A stretch of 54,262 nucleotides of DNA, taken from the IMG/VR virus record IMGVR_UViG_3300025010_001927, positions 1 through 54,262 of that record; one strand, given 5' to 3'. Both the position numbers and the translations under genes were made by a program. Of the stretch, positions 9,427 through 18,850 are shown piece after piece. The notes beneath the pieces are model-generated. The model was not told where the DNA came from, made no database searches, and saw only the letters and a list, made by a program, of their open reading frames with translations. This DNA comes from a virus. Its lineage: Duplodnaviria > Caudoviricetes. Every line of letters begins with the position of its first letter. Within the stretch, counting starts at the first letter, position 1.

Positions 9427-10872
9427 TTATAAGACTCCTAGTGGCTCAAAATAGGTTGTTGCCGAAATAATTTCAGGTGTATCGTTACCATTTGGATGCA
9501 AATTCATGGCCAATTCATATTCCTCTCCGGAACCAGGATCATCTTCATTACCACCAGTCTCGATTGAGAAAATAGCTTTAGATCTGCCTTCGTGATCAAA
9601 TAATTCGGAGCCATCTTGCATGGTTGCTTTCTGCCAATCAGTTTGTTGGTTAACTTTGAAGAAAACTTCAATACTGCAATCTCTAGGAAGGGGTTTCGTA
9701 ACCACCTTGATTTGACGAAAGCCTTTTTGGGTGAACGATTCACCACCGTCAAATACTAAACCTTCATAACGTGCTTCTGCTTTGTTGTCAGAATCAAGTA
9801 CATCCGTTCCAAATGTCGTACCGTCTTTCCAAGAGCAATAAATTCTGTCTTCGTACATTGTTAGGGCACCGATCAAAACGTTTTCGAATTTACCGTGAGA
9901 AGGGATGTATTCGAGATTGAGAGCATAAGGATCGTTTTTATTTAGTCGGCCGTAGGAATAGATTCCGCATTTATTGCTACCATTTACTCCTAATAAGGGG
10001 AGACCTCCCATGATGGTTACACCACCTGGATTGACCCAGGCAAATTCACCAGGGAGTTTTTTTATTCGTAAGAGGCTGGAAGTGTCCCAGAAGTACAGAC
10101 CGCCTCGTACTCCTGCCTGAATCATTAAGAACTCACCTTGCAGTAATGCGTTAATTCCGCGTTCAGCAACCATTCGCCTCTGGATCCAGGAGGGTTGGAT
10201 CTTATCCCAGGTCCAAAGCCAACCTTCTTCAACTTTGTCACCCTTAGTCGATCCAAAAACAACTAGTTGGTCTAAACCGAGTAAGCATTTATTTCGATGG
10301 CTTCTTGGTAAGTCAACAGCATCAAGGTTAAATCCACCCTCATAGTCCACCATTGCCAAGTCTTTGTTGTCACAAATAAGAAGCACTCCAAGTGCTTCAG
10401 ACATTGTGTGCCAAGACGGATCGCCATCGAGAGTTTGCCAGTTATGTTCAACATCAGTTGCCCAAGTACCGGAAAGTTTTATTCTGCTGACATTAGTTTC
10501 AGTTGCCCAATAAAGATAGGGTATGTAGTTATCACTGCCATCGTTGTTGGTATATTCAGCCGCTCCAGTTATTTTTCCGTTTGCATCGGCATAAACTAAT
10601 TCCCAAGCAGCGGCTCCACCTTGTTTCCGGTAAACATTTCCTGTGTCACCAAAGCCATATAGGTTTCCGTTTGAGGCTGGAATATAAAAAAGGATAAGAT
10701 CAGTTATGAAAGTGCTACTACCAAGATCTTCTTTTAAACGTTGATTGCACTTTAGCGTATTTTCTTCACCTCGAATGTTTAAGCCATAGCCAAAGCGAAA
10801 GGCTTCCCTTACACCTTGGTAGGGATCATCTGCTATTCCTCCTCTGTAACCTTGTATTCTGTATGCGTTCAT
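9427..10872 (-). CDS. Tail nozzle/stabilisation protein (beta-rich)
   Basis: Beta-propeller-like composition; follows adaptor; likely start MNAYR. Confidence 0.55.
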   Translation of the reverse strand: MNAYRIQGYRGGIADDPYQGVREAFRFGYGLNIRGEENTLKCNQRLKEDLGSSTFITDLILFYIPASNGNLYGFGDTGNVYRKQGGAAAWELVYADANGKITGAAEYTNNDGSDNYIPYLYWATETNVSRIKLSGTWATDVEHNWQTLDGDPSWHTMSEALGVLLICDNKDLAMVDYEGGFNLDAVDLPRSHRNKCLLGLDQLVVFGSTKGDKVEEGWLWTWDKIQPSWIQRRMVAERGINALLQGEFLMIQAGVRGGLYFWDTSSLLRIKKLPGEFAWVNPGGVTIMGGLPLLGVNGSNKCGIYSYGRLNKNDPYALNLEYIPSHGKFENVLIGALTMYEDRIYCSWKDGTTFGTDVLDSDNKAEARYEGLVFDGGESFTQKGFRQIKVVTKPLPRDCSIEVFFKVNQQTDWQKATMQDGSELFDHEGRSKAIFSIETGGNEDDPGSGEEYELAMNLHPNGNDTPEIISATTYFEPLGVL

Positions 10873-10876
10873 AGTT

Positions 10877-11581
10877 TTAACCCCATCGAGTACTTTTTGC
10901 TTGACCCACGAAGACACTCGATGGTTCTTCATCCTCGCGGTCTTTGGTTTGTTGTAATAGGGCGTGCGCTTCGATAACTTCCTTTTCTGCTTCGTTTTTC
11001 CTGCCTGGCTCTTTTGCTAGACATGTAGCCAGAGCTAATTTAAGAATGGGTTCGTCCATTTCCTCTGGAGTGATAGGTTCATCTGTTTCCTCAACTAGTC
11101 GGACAGGACGACGTTTATAAAAGAGGTCAATAATTTTGCCTGCAATTTCGACTACCGGATCTATAAAATATTGATCTCCAATAACGGCATACATTTTTTG
11201 CCATCGCCAATCGGTGTGAGCGGATGGGTGAACAATATCGAGAGAAGGTTGAAAGGTGGGAGCGATTTTGTTGTCAGACTTTCGACTCAAATATTGGTTT
11301 TCCATTGCTTTGTGGTACTCCTCACCATCTACAGAGAGAAAAACCATTCCACCAGGCTTAAAATCGAAAGGGAGGAAATAGGATTCTTTTCCCGAACCAT
11401 CAGGGTTTAGCTCAGTGAGTTGTGTGGCGTGCTTACTTAAGAATTTCCAGCGGGCGTAGTTACAAGCCCGCACAATTGCTTTATTAAGCCAGCGATCCTT
11501 ATCGGCATCCTTCCAAAAACCACTCACTTTGGAGGCTGTCATCCTTGCGTTTAAGTCTTGTCTAAATTCTTGTAATTGCAT
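10877..11581 (-). CDS. Head-tail adaptor protein
   Basis: DRWLNKA...WKFL...YFLPFDF...YKRRPVRL...P pattern typical of podoviral adaptors. Confidence 0.65.
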   Translation of the reverse strand: MQLQEFRQDLNARMTASKVSGFWKDADKDRWLNKAIVRACNYARWKFLSKHATQLTELNPDGSGKESYFLPFDFKPGGMVFLSVDGEEYHKAMENQYLSRKSDNKIAPTFQPSLDIVHPSAHTDWRWQKMYAVIGDQYFIDPVVEIAGKIIDLFYKRRPVRLVEETDEPITPEEMDEPILKLALATCLAKEPGRKNEAEKEVIEAHALLQQTKDREDEEPSSVFVGQAKSTRWG

Positions 11582-11583
11582 AA

Positions 11584-13248
11584 TTATTGGAGTTTTCCGG
11601 TTCTCCTGTACCGTTGGACGTAAGGTAATAACGCATTGCCTGGGCAGTCTGTTGCCGACTCAGGAACTTCTCCGTGTCCCAAAACTCGTTCCTTTGGAAT
11701 ACTTCTTTCAAGGCGTAAATCATCCAAAGCTTTTTGCAATGTTGTTAACTGAGCCGAAGTAGGAGTTTCACTGTTATGAAAGTTGCCACAGAGCACTACG
11801 CCCAAAGATCGATAGTTCATCTTGTTGCTGTCACAATGTGCTCCTATGACGTTGTCTTTTCTTCCCAGAATCAAGACCCCATCACCGTCAAGTTCACCAG
11901 CTATCCACTTGTGGTATCCGATATCGTCCCAACCAAAGCCTATGTGAGCTCTCTTAATTGTTTCAAAACGGGTATTATCTCGAGGGGTGGCGGAATGATG
12001 GACAATGATAAATTCGGGGTAGTTAGCCTTGTTATAGACTTCGGTATCCTTGTCTCGTGTGGTTACCCTTCGTTCTCGAGTCCATGCGATAACTAACCGA
12101 GGCGCGTATTTTCCTGAGTCTTGGTTATAGTCCCAAATCTTTTTTACACTTCCATGACCTGATTCATAGTTCTCTATAACAATGCCTATTTTGCTTGAGG
12201 TAAAACCTGGGCGATCCACAATTTCTTGAATGATCTCTTTTATTTCAGGGCTCTCATAGACACTTTCTGCACTCCAGTGGTCACCAATGAGGACACCAGC
12301 CTCTGCATGTCCCAAGTTCCACTGAATCTTGGCGTTGGTTTTGTTTCGTAGAGAGGGACGATTTGAACCATTGGAAGCAAAGACGGTTGCCTCATCTTCG
12401 GCAATACCTTTAATCAGGAGGTTTGGCATACCATTGTTTTGCTGAGAAGAGGTGACAAGTATTTTGGCTGAGATAATTTCTGCGCCAGGTGGAATGTTCA
12501 CCGGACTGAAGATGAGACCTAAATCATTTGCCGATTCATTTGGATCGTTACTGCCATCATCACCAAAGGTTGTGATGTTGTTTTGAAATCCACTAGGGTA
12601 CCAAGTCGCGTCATAATCTTCTTCACCATCACGGTCATTTCCTTGGATTAATCCAATAGTTATTTGTTCATGTAGCCCTTGCGGAAGGTAATAAATTTCG
12701 AGCTCTGCTTCGTAACCCTCACCTTTACTACTGTCGTAACAAGTTTTGGAGTTCTCAGCAGGACTTCCATCATCGGTGATAATAAAAACCATTGCGCTAC
12801 CTGGCTTCCAGCCGTTTTGAGCGAGGAGTTCTTCTACGACTAGATTCAAGTTTGGTGTTTGAACCCACTCATGGACTTCCCATTTTTTAATGATGTCCCA
12901 ATCAACAGCGTTTGTGGTTTTAGCTCGAGTCGATGGTCGATTTGAACCATCGGATTTAAATGGAGAGGGGTCTGGCTCTTTAACTCCTTGGATTTTTAAG
13001 TTTGTGGTGAAATCCGTATCATCAGTAAAAGCAGGTCTCAAGCGAAGTCTCGCTAGTAGGACCTTAGAAAATTTAGGGATATCAATCGCACGAAATCTAA
13101 AGGCTCCAGTTTGAACTCCTGAGAAGTTACCCAAAGTTATAACGCTCGAGACATTACCATCTTTATTCCAAGTAGTAGATCCAGCTTCTTTGCCGTCATC
13201 AGAGTTCTCTTGGATTGTTGCTTTGACTTTCAATACTTGGTTTGTCAT
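11584..13248 (-). CDS. Virion protein: two repeated beta domains plus C-terminal N-acetylmuramoyl-L-alanine amidase (Amidase_2)
   Basis: IIVHHSAT, DIGYH, GAH, LCGNF, GHGE...TDCPG zinc amidase motifs. Confidence 0.85.
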   Translation of the reverse strand: MTNQVLKVKATIQENSDDGKEAGSTTWNKDGNVSSVITLGNFSGVQTGAFRFRAIDIPKFSKVLLARLRLRPAFTDDTDFTTNLKIQGVKEPDPSPFKSDGSNRPSTRAKTTNAVDWDIIKKWEVHEWVQTPNLNLVVEELLAQNGWKPGSAMVFIITDDGSPAENSKTCYDSSKGEGYEAELEIYYLPQGLHEQITIGLIQGNDRDGEEDYDATWYPSGFQNNITTFGDDGSNDPNESANDLGLIFSPVNIPPGAEIISAKILVTSSQQNNGMPNLLIKGIAEDEATVFASNGSNRPSLRNKTNAKIQWNLGHAEAGVLIGDHWSAESVYESPEIKEIIQEIVDRPGFTSSKIGIVIENYESGHGSVKKIWDYNQDSGKYAPRLVIAWTRERRVTTRDKDTEVYNKANYPEFIIVHHSATPRDNTRFETIKRAHIGFGWDDIGYHKWIAGELDGDGVLILGRKDNVIGAHCDSNKMNYRSLGVVLCGNFHNSETPTSAQLTTLQKALDDLRLERSIPKERVLGHGEVPESATDCPGNALLPYVQRYRRTGKLQ

Positions 13249-13510
13249 AGGCGTTTTTGCTCCTGTGGGGAACATCTAGTTTGATGTTGATTCTGGCGTT
13301 CGCTCTTATTCCGACAAGTTTCATAATTCTTCGGACTGCAGCAATTGTTTCGCCACCTCTCCCTATTAGGGCTCCGGCATCTTTATCGTCCAATCGAACA
13401 GTTAACAAAACTCCCATTTCGTCAACCTTACGACTGATTACAACCTTTTCTGGTTTTTCAACTATGGCTTTAATAATTTGTTCTAGTAGTGCGACATCGC
13501 TTTCTTGCAT
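13199..13510 (-). CDS. khpA: KH-domain RNA-binding protein, KhpA/YlqC family
   Basis: IVEKPEKV...D.GALIGRGGETIAAVRRI with GxxG loop; AAGGAGGTG RBS before ATG at 13510. Confidence 0.85.
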   Translation of the reverse strand: MQESDVALLEQIIKAIVEKPEKVVISRKVDEMGVLLTVRLDDKDAGALIGRGGETIAAVRRIMKLVGIRANARINIKLDVPHRSKNAYDKPSIESQSNNPREL

Positions 13511-13534
13511 GGTTTTCACCTCCTTTTTCTTTAA

Positions 13535-14545
13535 TTAGGGAACATTTGGTTCTATGGTTAAGATCAGTTCGGCAGCGTTAGCTGCTCCACTGTTGAAATC
13601 CCAAATGTTTTCGTATTGATTTGCAGGACTACCATCGTCCTCAATGGTGAGAGCGAGTGCTTTACCTGTGAATTCCGCTTGTTGGATAAGCTCATTAATG
13701 ACTGAGGCTATATTTGGAGTCTGATACCAAGTGTTAAGCACCCAATCTTCTGCAATATCCCAATCAACTGCAGCTGTGGTTTTTGTCCTAGTTGATGGAC
13801 GGTCACTGCCGTCTCCCGCGAAGGTATTGGGACCGGCCTGTAAAATCCCTTTTACTTTTAGGGTTGGTCTTTTTGTTGAGTTAACAGCTGCTCTTACTCT
13901 GAGAACAGCATTAGTGATCTTTGCGTTATTGGGAATAAATGCTCGTAAGAAACGAAGCCCTACATCGCAACTTCCAGTGTTATCATTCCCAGCTGAAATT
14001 TGATTAGAGCCGAAGCCATTCGGATACCAACTGGTGTCGTAATCTTCTTCACCATCATCACTACCTCTTAAAACTTTAAGTTTTGTCATTATTGTTCGTT
14101 CAAGTTTTTGGTCCGAATAACCCTTCGTGGCGTAGGGATTCGCACCTGATGGGGCATCGGTGCCGGCAAGTGCATCTTTTTCATCGTTAGCAGGTAAGTT
14201 GGTATGGTCGTATGAACTTTCGTGAGATGCGATCGCTGCTGAAGCCGCGCCTGTAGGGTCGATGGCTATCCAGGCTGAACCATTAAAAGCGTAAATTTTG
14301 TTTTCATCTTCAATCCAACAAGCAAAGCCTTCGTTGGGTGTGGTGAATTTCCAAGTGGAACCGTTATATTCAGCAATCTTGCCTTCCTGACTTGCCCATG
14401 CATCACTTGCTGAAGCAGCGACAATATACCGATCACCTTCAGCAGGACTTCCTAGCGGTGTATTCAAATCCTTATCAAAGACAGAATCCTGCCAGTCGAG
14501 CATTTTTAGTTTTGTTGATGATGTTGCACCTCTGTATTTAGCCAT
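13535..14545 (-). CDS. Virion protein: DUF2793-like N-terminus plus one copy of the repeated beta domain
   Basis: PAEGDRYIVA...W...GKIA...W.F.P.EG...W motif. Confidence 0.75.
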   Translation of the reverse strand: MAKYRGATSSTKLKMLDWQDSVFDKDLNTPLGSPAEGDRYIVAASASDAWASQEGKIAEYNGSTWKFTTPNEGFACWIEDENKIYAFNGSAWIAIDPTGAASAAIASHESSYDHTNLPANDEKDALAGTDAPSGANPYATKGYSDQKLERTIMTKLKVLRGSDDGEEDYDTSWYPNGFGSNQISAGNDNTGSCDVGLRFLRAFIPNNAKITNAVLRVRAAVNSTKRPTLKVKGILQAGPNTFAGDGSDRPSTRTKTTAAVDWDIAEDWVLNTWYQTPNIASVINELIQQAEFTGKALALTIEDDGSPANQYENIWDFNSGAANAAELILTIEPNVP

Positions 14546-14549
14546 AGAT

Positions 14550-14846
14550 TTACTTTTCAGTTATAAGTTCGACAACTTGTCCAGCTACGCCTGAGCTAAC
14601 CACAATTTGTTCAGTTCCTTTAATGCGCAGTGAGATACTGTCTCCTGCGTTATCCAAAATAAAAGGAGTAGCCTTGCTGTCATCGTCGTTATGAGCCACG
14701 TTTACAGGCGCAGTGTTGTCTGAGCTGCTTTTAATAACGACTTCACAGCCCTCACCAACTTTGATATTTGGTAACGGATACCAGGTATCAGCATCGGTCA
14801 GAGTTACCTGAGCCGTAGTAAATGTCGGTCGACTATCTGTTGACAT
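14550..14846 (-). CDS. Small beta-rich structural protein
   Basis: Intact ORF in late operon. Confidence 0.6.
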   Translation of the reverse strand: MSTDSRPTFTTAQVTLTDADTWYPLPNIKVGEGCEVVIKSSSDNTAPVNVAHNDDDSKATPFILDNAGDSISLRIKGTEQIVVSSGVAGQVVELITEK

Positions 14847-14856
14847 ATTTTTCTGT

Positions 14857-15465
14857 TTAAAACTTCGGCTGCTCAGCCGTACTTCTAACTCCAGTTACTG
14901 CTTTTGGTTGACTAGCTCCTTCTTCTGAGCCATTCAGCTCCACTTCTTTTTTTCGAAGTGCAGCTTCTCTAGTTGCTAGTTCTTTCTCGCGTTCCTCAAG
15001 AGTTTTAAACTTATCTTGATATATCTGATCCACGCTTTTTCCACCTCTCACATCGGCTGTTTCAACTTTTCTAAACACACTACCGAAGTTGGGATGAGCA
15101 TCGAGATACTCGATCTCATCAGGTTTACTGGTTTTATAAATACCCTCGTGGAATTGGATGTAGGTTCCTCGAATAATCAGGACCTTGCCTCCGATCTCTT
15201 TTAAGTAAGAGGGTGACATTACCAACCTGAGTTCGTAATAGCGGGAGATATACACCACTTCTTTAGTTGCCGTTGATTTGGTTGTTTTGGGCTGTTGTGC
15301 TTGTGTTAGAGTTGATCCATCACTACCTTCTTGATCCTGAGCTTGCTTGATACGAGCAACTAACTCATCTCTTTTGCCGTCTTTTGAGACACCCAATAAC
15401 TTGGCAACGCTCCAAAGCTCTGCCATCGACATTTCATCTAATGATTTTGCTGTTCTTTCAGTCAT
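14857..15465 (-). CDS. Hypothetical protein with Rho-N/SAP-like helix-extension-helix N-terminus
   Basis: LDEMSMAELWSVAKLLGVSKDGKRDELVARI; GAGGTG RBS. Confidence 0.65.
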   Translation of the reverse strand: MTERTAKSLDEMSMAELWSVAKLLGVSKDGKRDELVARIKQAQDQEGSDGSTLTQAQQPKTTKSTATKEVVYISRYYELRLVMSPSYLKEIGGKVLIIRGTYIQFHEGIYKTSKPDEIEYLDAHPNFGSVFRKVETADVRGGKSVDQIYQDKFKTLEEREKELATREAALRKKEVELNGSEEGASQPKAVTGVRSTAEQPKF

Positions 15466-15633
15466 ATTTTTCACCTCGCTTTCTTTTGTTTCTGATTTAA
15501 TTAATAACCTCAGATTGGGTTGAAGGGGTGATAACGCTCACCCCTTCTTAGGCGACTACACTGAGTAAGAAAGTGTGTAGTGACTTTCGTTGTTCGTCGT
15601 TTGTATTCATAGATTTCAGTAATGTGCTTAGGG

Positions 15634-16803
15634 TTAGAGAGCGCCGATGCTCATAATGGCGTGGCGTTTTTCTTGTTCCATTTGCAATCCACATTCGGTC
15701 AAATACTCGTCGACCTGACTGTCTTCACCTGGGTTTTGACGATTAGTCAAAAGTTTAGTGTCACGATTTGTGAGATGGCGGTACGTTAGGGCTTCCATAT
15801 CAAGTCCTACGGCATAGTTTCCGTAAGTGGACCCGATCAAGAGTGGATGCTTAATGATGTGCAGTGTGCCGTGTGGTGAATCGTACGTTACGATTCTCAA
15901 GCCATATGCTTTAGTCGGATTGACTACTTGCAGCTTCCCTTTAGCCCAACCGTTGATCATCGAAACGACTGCGGCTGAAGCAAAGAGATACTTTTCGGTA
16001 TTACCGTGTGCAAAGAGACTTTCAAGCCATGCGTCGAATTCTGATTCTGTGTCAACGTTAGCTGTAGCGTATGTAGCAATTCTTCCTAGAATTCCATTCG
16101 TAAACCGCTTTGGGTGAGTACCCGACGTGATAAGACCTTTTTTACCAAAGATAAACGTGCGTTCGATATCAAGATAATGTTCAATACCTTTTTTGCGCCT
16201 TTGATAATCAAAGTCATTTTCCTTGACCCATCCTTGAGTGTTCTTAGCAGTTTCAGTGATACCTACCGGAGTTCTGAAGATTTGACAGTAGTTTGATACT
16301 TCGGCAATGGTTGTAGATTTGATGTCTCGTAAACCTGCGCCTTCCTCATTGGCATTACCAATGAGCCAGACGTCTCCGACTGCTGATGCAGCCGAGCCTG
16401 TTGCTCCACCAAGTTCTGGACCAACTGTCACCGTATCTCCGTCGACAATAGCTGTTACTTGGAATATCCACTTTTGAGCGGACACCAAAATAATATCGCC
16501 TACCTGAAGATACTGAGCTTGTCCTGTGATGGTTAAGTTACCACCGTCCGGATCAACCGTGTTAGAACCTGTAAGCTGTCTTTTCCCAAACTCGTCTTCA
16601 AACCACTTAAACTCTGGGTCTGTGCTTTCTTTCTTCTTTAAAGCTTCACCCTCGCCGGTCGCTGGATCCTTACCAGCGTTAGTTAATATCGCCATTAATG
16701 GATATCGGTTGACATCCAATAGCGATACAACGTCCGACACGTCATACTTACGGGTTGCCCCTAAGTTACCTGAACCTCTGATTCCTGTTGCTGATGCTGG
16801 CAT
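15634..16803 (-). CDS. Major capsid protein (SU10/DUF5309-like)
   Basis: FKWFED, NYCQIFRTPV.IT.T, IE..FIFG, YDSPHG motifs; strong RBS. Confidence 0.88.
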   Translation of the reverse strand: MPASATGIRGSGNLGATRKYDVSDVVSLLDVNRYPLMAILTNAGKDPATGEGEALKKKESTDPEFKWFEDEFGKRQLTGSNTVDPDGGNLTITGQAQYLQVGDIILVSAQKWIFQVTAIVDGDTVTVGPELGGATGSAASAVGDVWLIGNANEEGAGLRDIKSTTIAEVSNYCQIFRTPVGITETAKNTQGWVKENDFDYQRRKKGIEHYLDIERTFIFGKKGLITSGTHPKRFTNGILGRIATYATANVDTESEFDAWLESLFAHGNTEKYLFASAAVVSMINGWAKGKLQVVNPTKAYGLRIVTYDSPHGTLHIIKHPLLIGSTYGNYAVGLDMEALTYRHLTNRDTKLLTNRQNPGEDSQVDEYLTECGLQMEQEKRHAIMSIGAL

Positions 16804-16843
16804 AATATTTTTTCACCTCCCTTCTTTTTAATAACGCAGGAGG

Positions 16844-17722
16844 TTAGATTCCTAACCCTCCTAAGGGGCTTTTTGACCCGCTTCCGGCGAGGGCTTTCTG
16901 GATGCGTTTTGTCTCGGCATCCGAGCCATCGGGCTGAGTCGGAGCGCCCGCTCCACTCTCAACTTGAGCCTTTGCTTTTTTAAGTCGGCTCTTTTCTTCA
17001 TCTGATAATTCTTCAGACTCATCTTTAGTGTCGGCATCATCTTTTGCTTTATGCTTGCCGAGAAAAGCATCTACCTGTACACATGCTTCTTTTAAGGAGA
17101 CTGTCGTGCCTTTGGCACTGGCAGCATCCATAATGGTTTGCACCATCTTGCGGTAGTCAGGATCCTGAAGCGGATGTTCTTTCTTGGCTTCAGCGATTTC
17201 TTTTCTGACCGACTCACGAATTTTCTCTTGAACATCAATCGTCTTTTTGACACCTTCATCGATACGGGATATAACCCATTTAGCAAAATCAGAGGGGGTC
17301 ATCTTCTGAAGTTCTTCTGCTGTTGGAAGATCGAGTTTTTCTCCATCGTCTTTTGGCTTTCCACTTTCAGCATCGTCCTTTTTGTCAGGATCTTTGTTCT
17401 CTAGAGCGGCAACACGACTTTCTAAAGTTTCGTATTCTTTAATTACTTCTTCTCGGCTTTTTCCGTTCCAGCGATCTTTGTTCTCTTTATCTTTGCCCTT
17501 ATCTTTCGAATCTTTATTGGCGTTGTCTTCCGAGCCTTCTTCATTTGGCTTTTCTTCTTTATCGGCTTCCGGTTTTGTTTCCTTACCATCAGGCTTATCA
17601 GCAGGTGCGGCACCATTTTTATTCTTTTGATCTTCACCAGAGGAATCCTCCCCGTCATCTAGTGCATCGAGTAGGGCTCGTAGTTCTTCTTGTTCTTTTT
17701 GTTTTAGCTGTTCTTCGTCCAT
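16844..17722 (-). CDS. Scaffolding protein
   Basis: Highly charged, low complexity, immediately upstream of capsid. Confidence 0.75.
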   Translation of the reverse strand: MDEEQLKQKEQEELRALLDALDDGEDSSGEDQKNKNGAAPADKPDGKETKPEADKEEKPNEEGSEDNANKDSKDKGKDKENKDRWNGKSREEVIKEYETLESRVAALENKDPDKKDDAESGKPKDDGEKLDLPTAEELQKMTPSDFAKWVISRIDEGVKKTIDVQEKIRESVRKEIAEAKKEHPLQDPDYRKMVQTIMDAASAKGTTVSLKEACVQVDAFLGKHKAKDDADTKDESEELSDEEKSRLKKAKAQVESGAGAPTQPDGSDAETKRIQKALAGSGSKSPLGGLGI

Positions 17723-17726
17723 ATGT

Positions 17727-17981
17727 TTATTCCTTCCTCAGGTTTTGAGCTGTCTCATCTCGTTCTTTAATAACGCTGTCGACCATGCTCAAAACTTTCC
17801 TGTATGCCTTGATCATTTGTTTATGCTCAAGGTCTTCTTCTATCGGACAGTCTAATAAATCCTTACTTTCAATCTCTAGCTCCTGATCGATCAGGCTTTT
17901 GATAATGTTCCAGCCTTCGGTTTGGGTCATTTCCCAAACTGCTCGGCCTCGATCAAGTTTTTCGTCAATATTGTCTGTCAT
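17727..17981 (-). CDS. Small head-module protein
   Basis: 84 aa helical, TEGW motif, typical position before scaffold. Confidence 0.6.
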   Translation of the reverse strand: MTDNIDEKLDRGRAVWEMTQTEGWNIIKSLIDQELEIESKDLLDCPIEEDLEHKQMIKAYRKVLSMVDSVIKERDETAQNLRKE

Positions 17982-17985
17982 AGTT

Positions 17986-18312
17986 TTATAAATTCGGATT
18001 GGTCGGAGTTTCTTCTTCCGGTTTGTCCTGGTCCTCTAACTTCATGTTTTTCTTTTGTGCACCCAATCCACCAAGAGGACGAACTTCGTTTTCCTTCATG
18101 TCCTGCAATGTAGCGATTAAGCTATCGAGTACTTCCACAAACGTGGAGTTGCCTTGAAAAAATGTGTTGCGTGCGACAGTAAATAACGAATCAACCTTGT
18201 CCCACATTTGAGCCTCATTTGGTTGAGCTGATGTGCCAGCTTCCGGTGCTTTGCCTACAGGTTTTTGATCCTGTGTTTGCGCGTTTGGTTGTTTGTTTTG
18301 ATTTGGTTCCAT
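17986..18312 (-). CDS. Hypothetical protein
   Basis: Likely start MEPNQ; shares PLGGLG with scaffold C-terminus. Confidence 0.55.
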   Translation of the reverse strand: MEPNQNKQPNAQTQDQKPVGKAPEAGTSAQPNEAQMWDKVDSLFTVARNTFFQGNSTFVEVLDSLIATLQDMKENEVRPLGGLGAQKKNMKLEDQDKPEEETPTNPNL

Positions 18313-18320
18313 AGCTTTCC

Positions 18321-18719
18321 TTAGGTAATTGGGAACGGCCTTTGTGCGTCCCACAATAATGTTCCGACATATGCCTCTGCTGAAGGTGCTGATCCAGCAG
18401 TAATGGTTACCACTGCTCGTAGATATCGTTTCTTGCGTTCAATTTGCACCTTGTAGCCTGTATCTTCAGCAACAGTGATTTCCTCTCCACCTTTGGCTAC
18501 AGTCACTCCAGAGGCAAAGGTTGAAGAGTCTGATTCTTCGATCTTCACTTTGGTGGAGGTTTGGTCGCCAAGATCTCCGATGGCAATGTCAATAAGACCG
18601 GAGTCGTAGGCTGGTCGGCCGGAGAGAAATGTATCGACTGCCGCACCTGCTGTAGTTTCAGTGATCACTCCGATAGGGAGAAGAGTAGCTGGATGTATGT
18701 TCTGATTAAGTGTTTTCAT
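18321..18719 (-). CDS. Putative capsid decoration/cement protein
   Basis: Beta-rich, KIEESD...KRYLRAVVT pattern. Confidence 0.55.
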   Translation of the reverse strand: MKTLNQNIHPATLLPIGVITETTAGAAVDTFLSGRPAYDSGLIDIAIGDLGDQTSTKVKIEESDSSTFASGVTVAKGGEEITVAEDTGYKVQIERKKRYLRAVVTITAGSAPSAEAYVGTLLWDAQRPFPIT

Positions 18720-18754
18720 TTTTATTTCAGGTTTGGTTATTTAAGAAACCAACT

Positions 18755-18831
18755 AAAAAGGGCTGCAACTTCTAAACACACGCATAGTTGGCGTATATTC
18801 AAAAGTCACAGCCCCGATTGTTTCGTTAGGC
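18755..18831 (-). promoter_or_regulatory. Leader attenuator 1: conserved motif plus 24-bp terminator hairpin
   Basis: GCCTAACGAAACAATCG then GGGCTG...CAGCCC stem (six G.U pairs) and TTTTT. Confidence 0.8.
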
Positions 18832-18850
18832 TTTACTTCCTAATAGCTAC

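Noticed and set aside
8088-14545. Possible diversity-generating retroelement acting on tail genes
   Set aside because: No reverse transcriptase and no adenine-specific template/variable repeat pair seen
15548-15680. Frameshift extension of the capsid into the downstream open frame, or a tmRNA-like tag
   Set aside because: No canonical slippery heptamer in frame and no tRNA-like domain
1484-17748. Numerous plus-strand ORFs opposite structural genes
   Set aside because: Antisense shadows of long minus-strand genes, with no recognisable motifs
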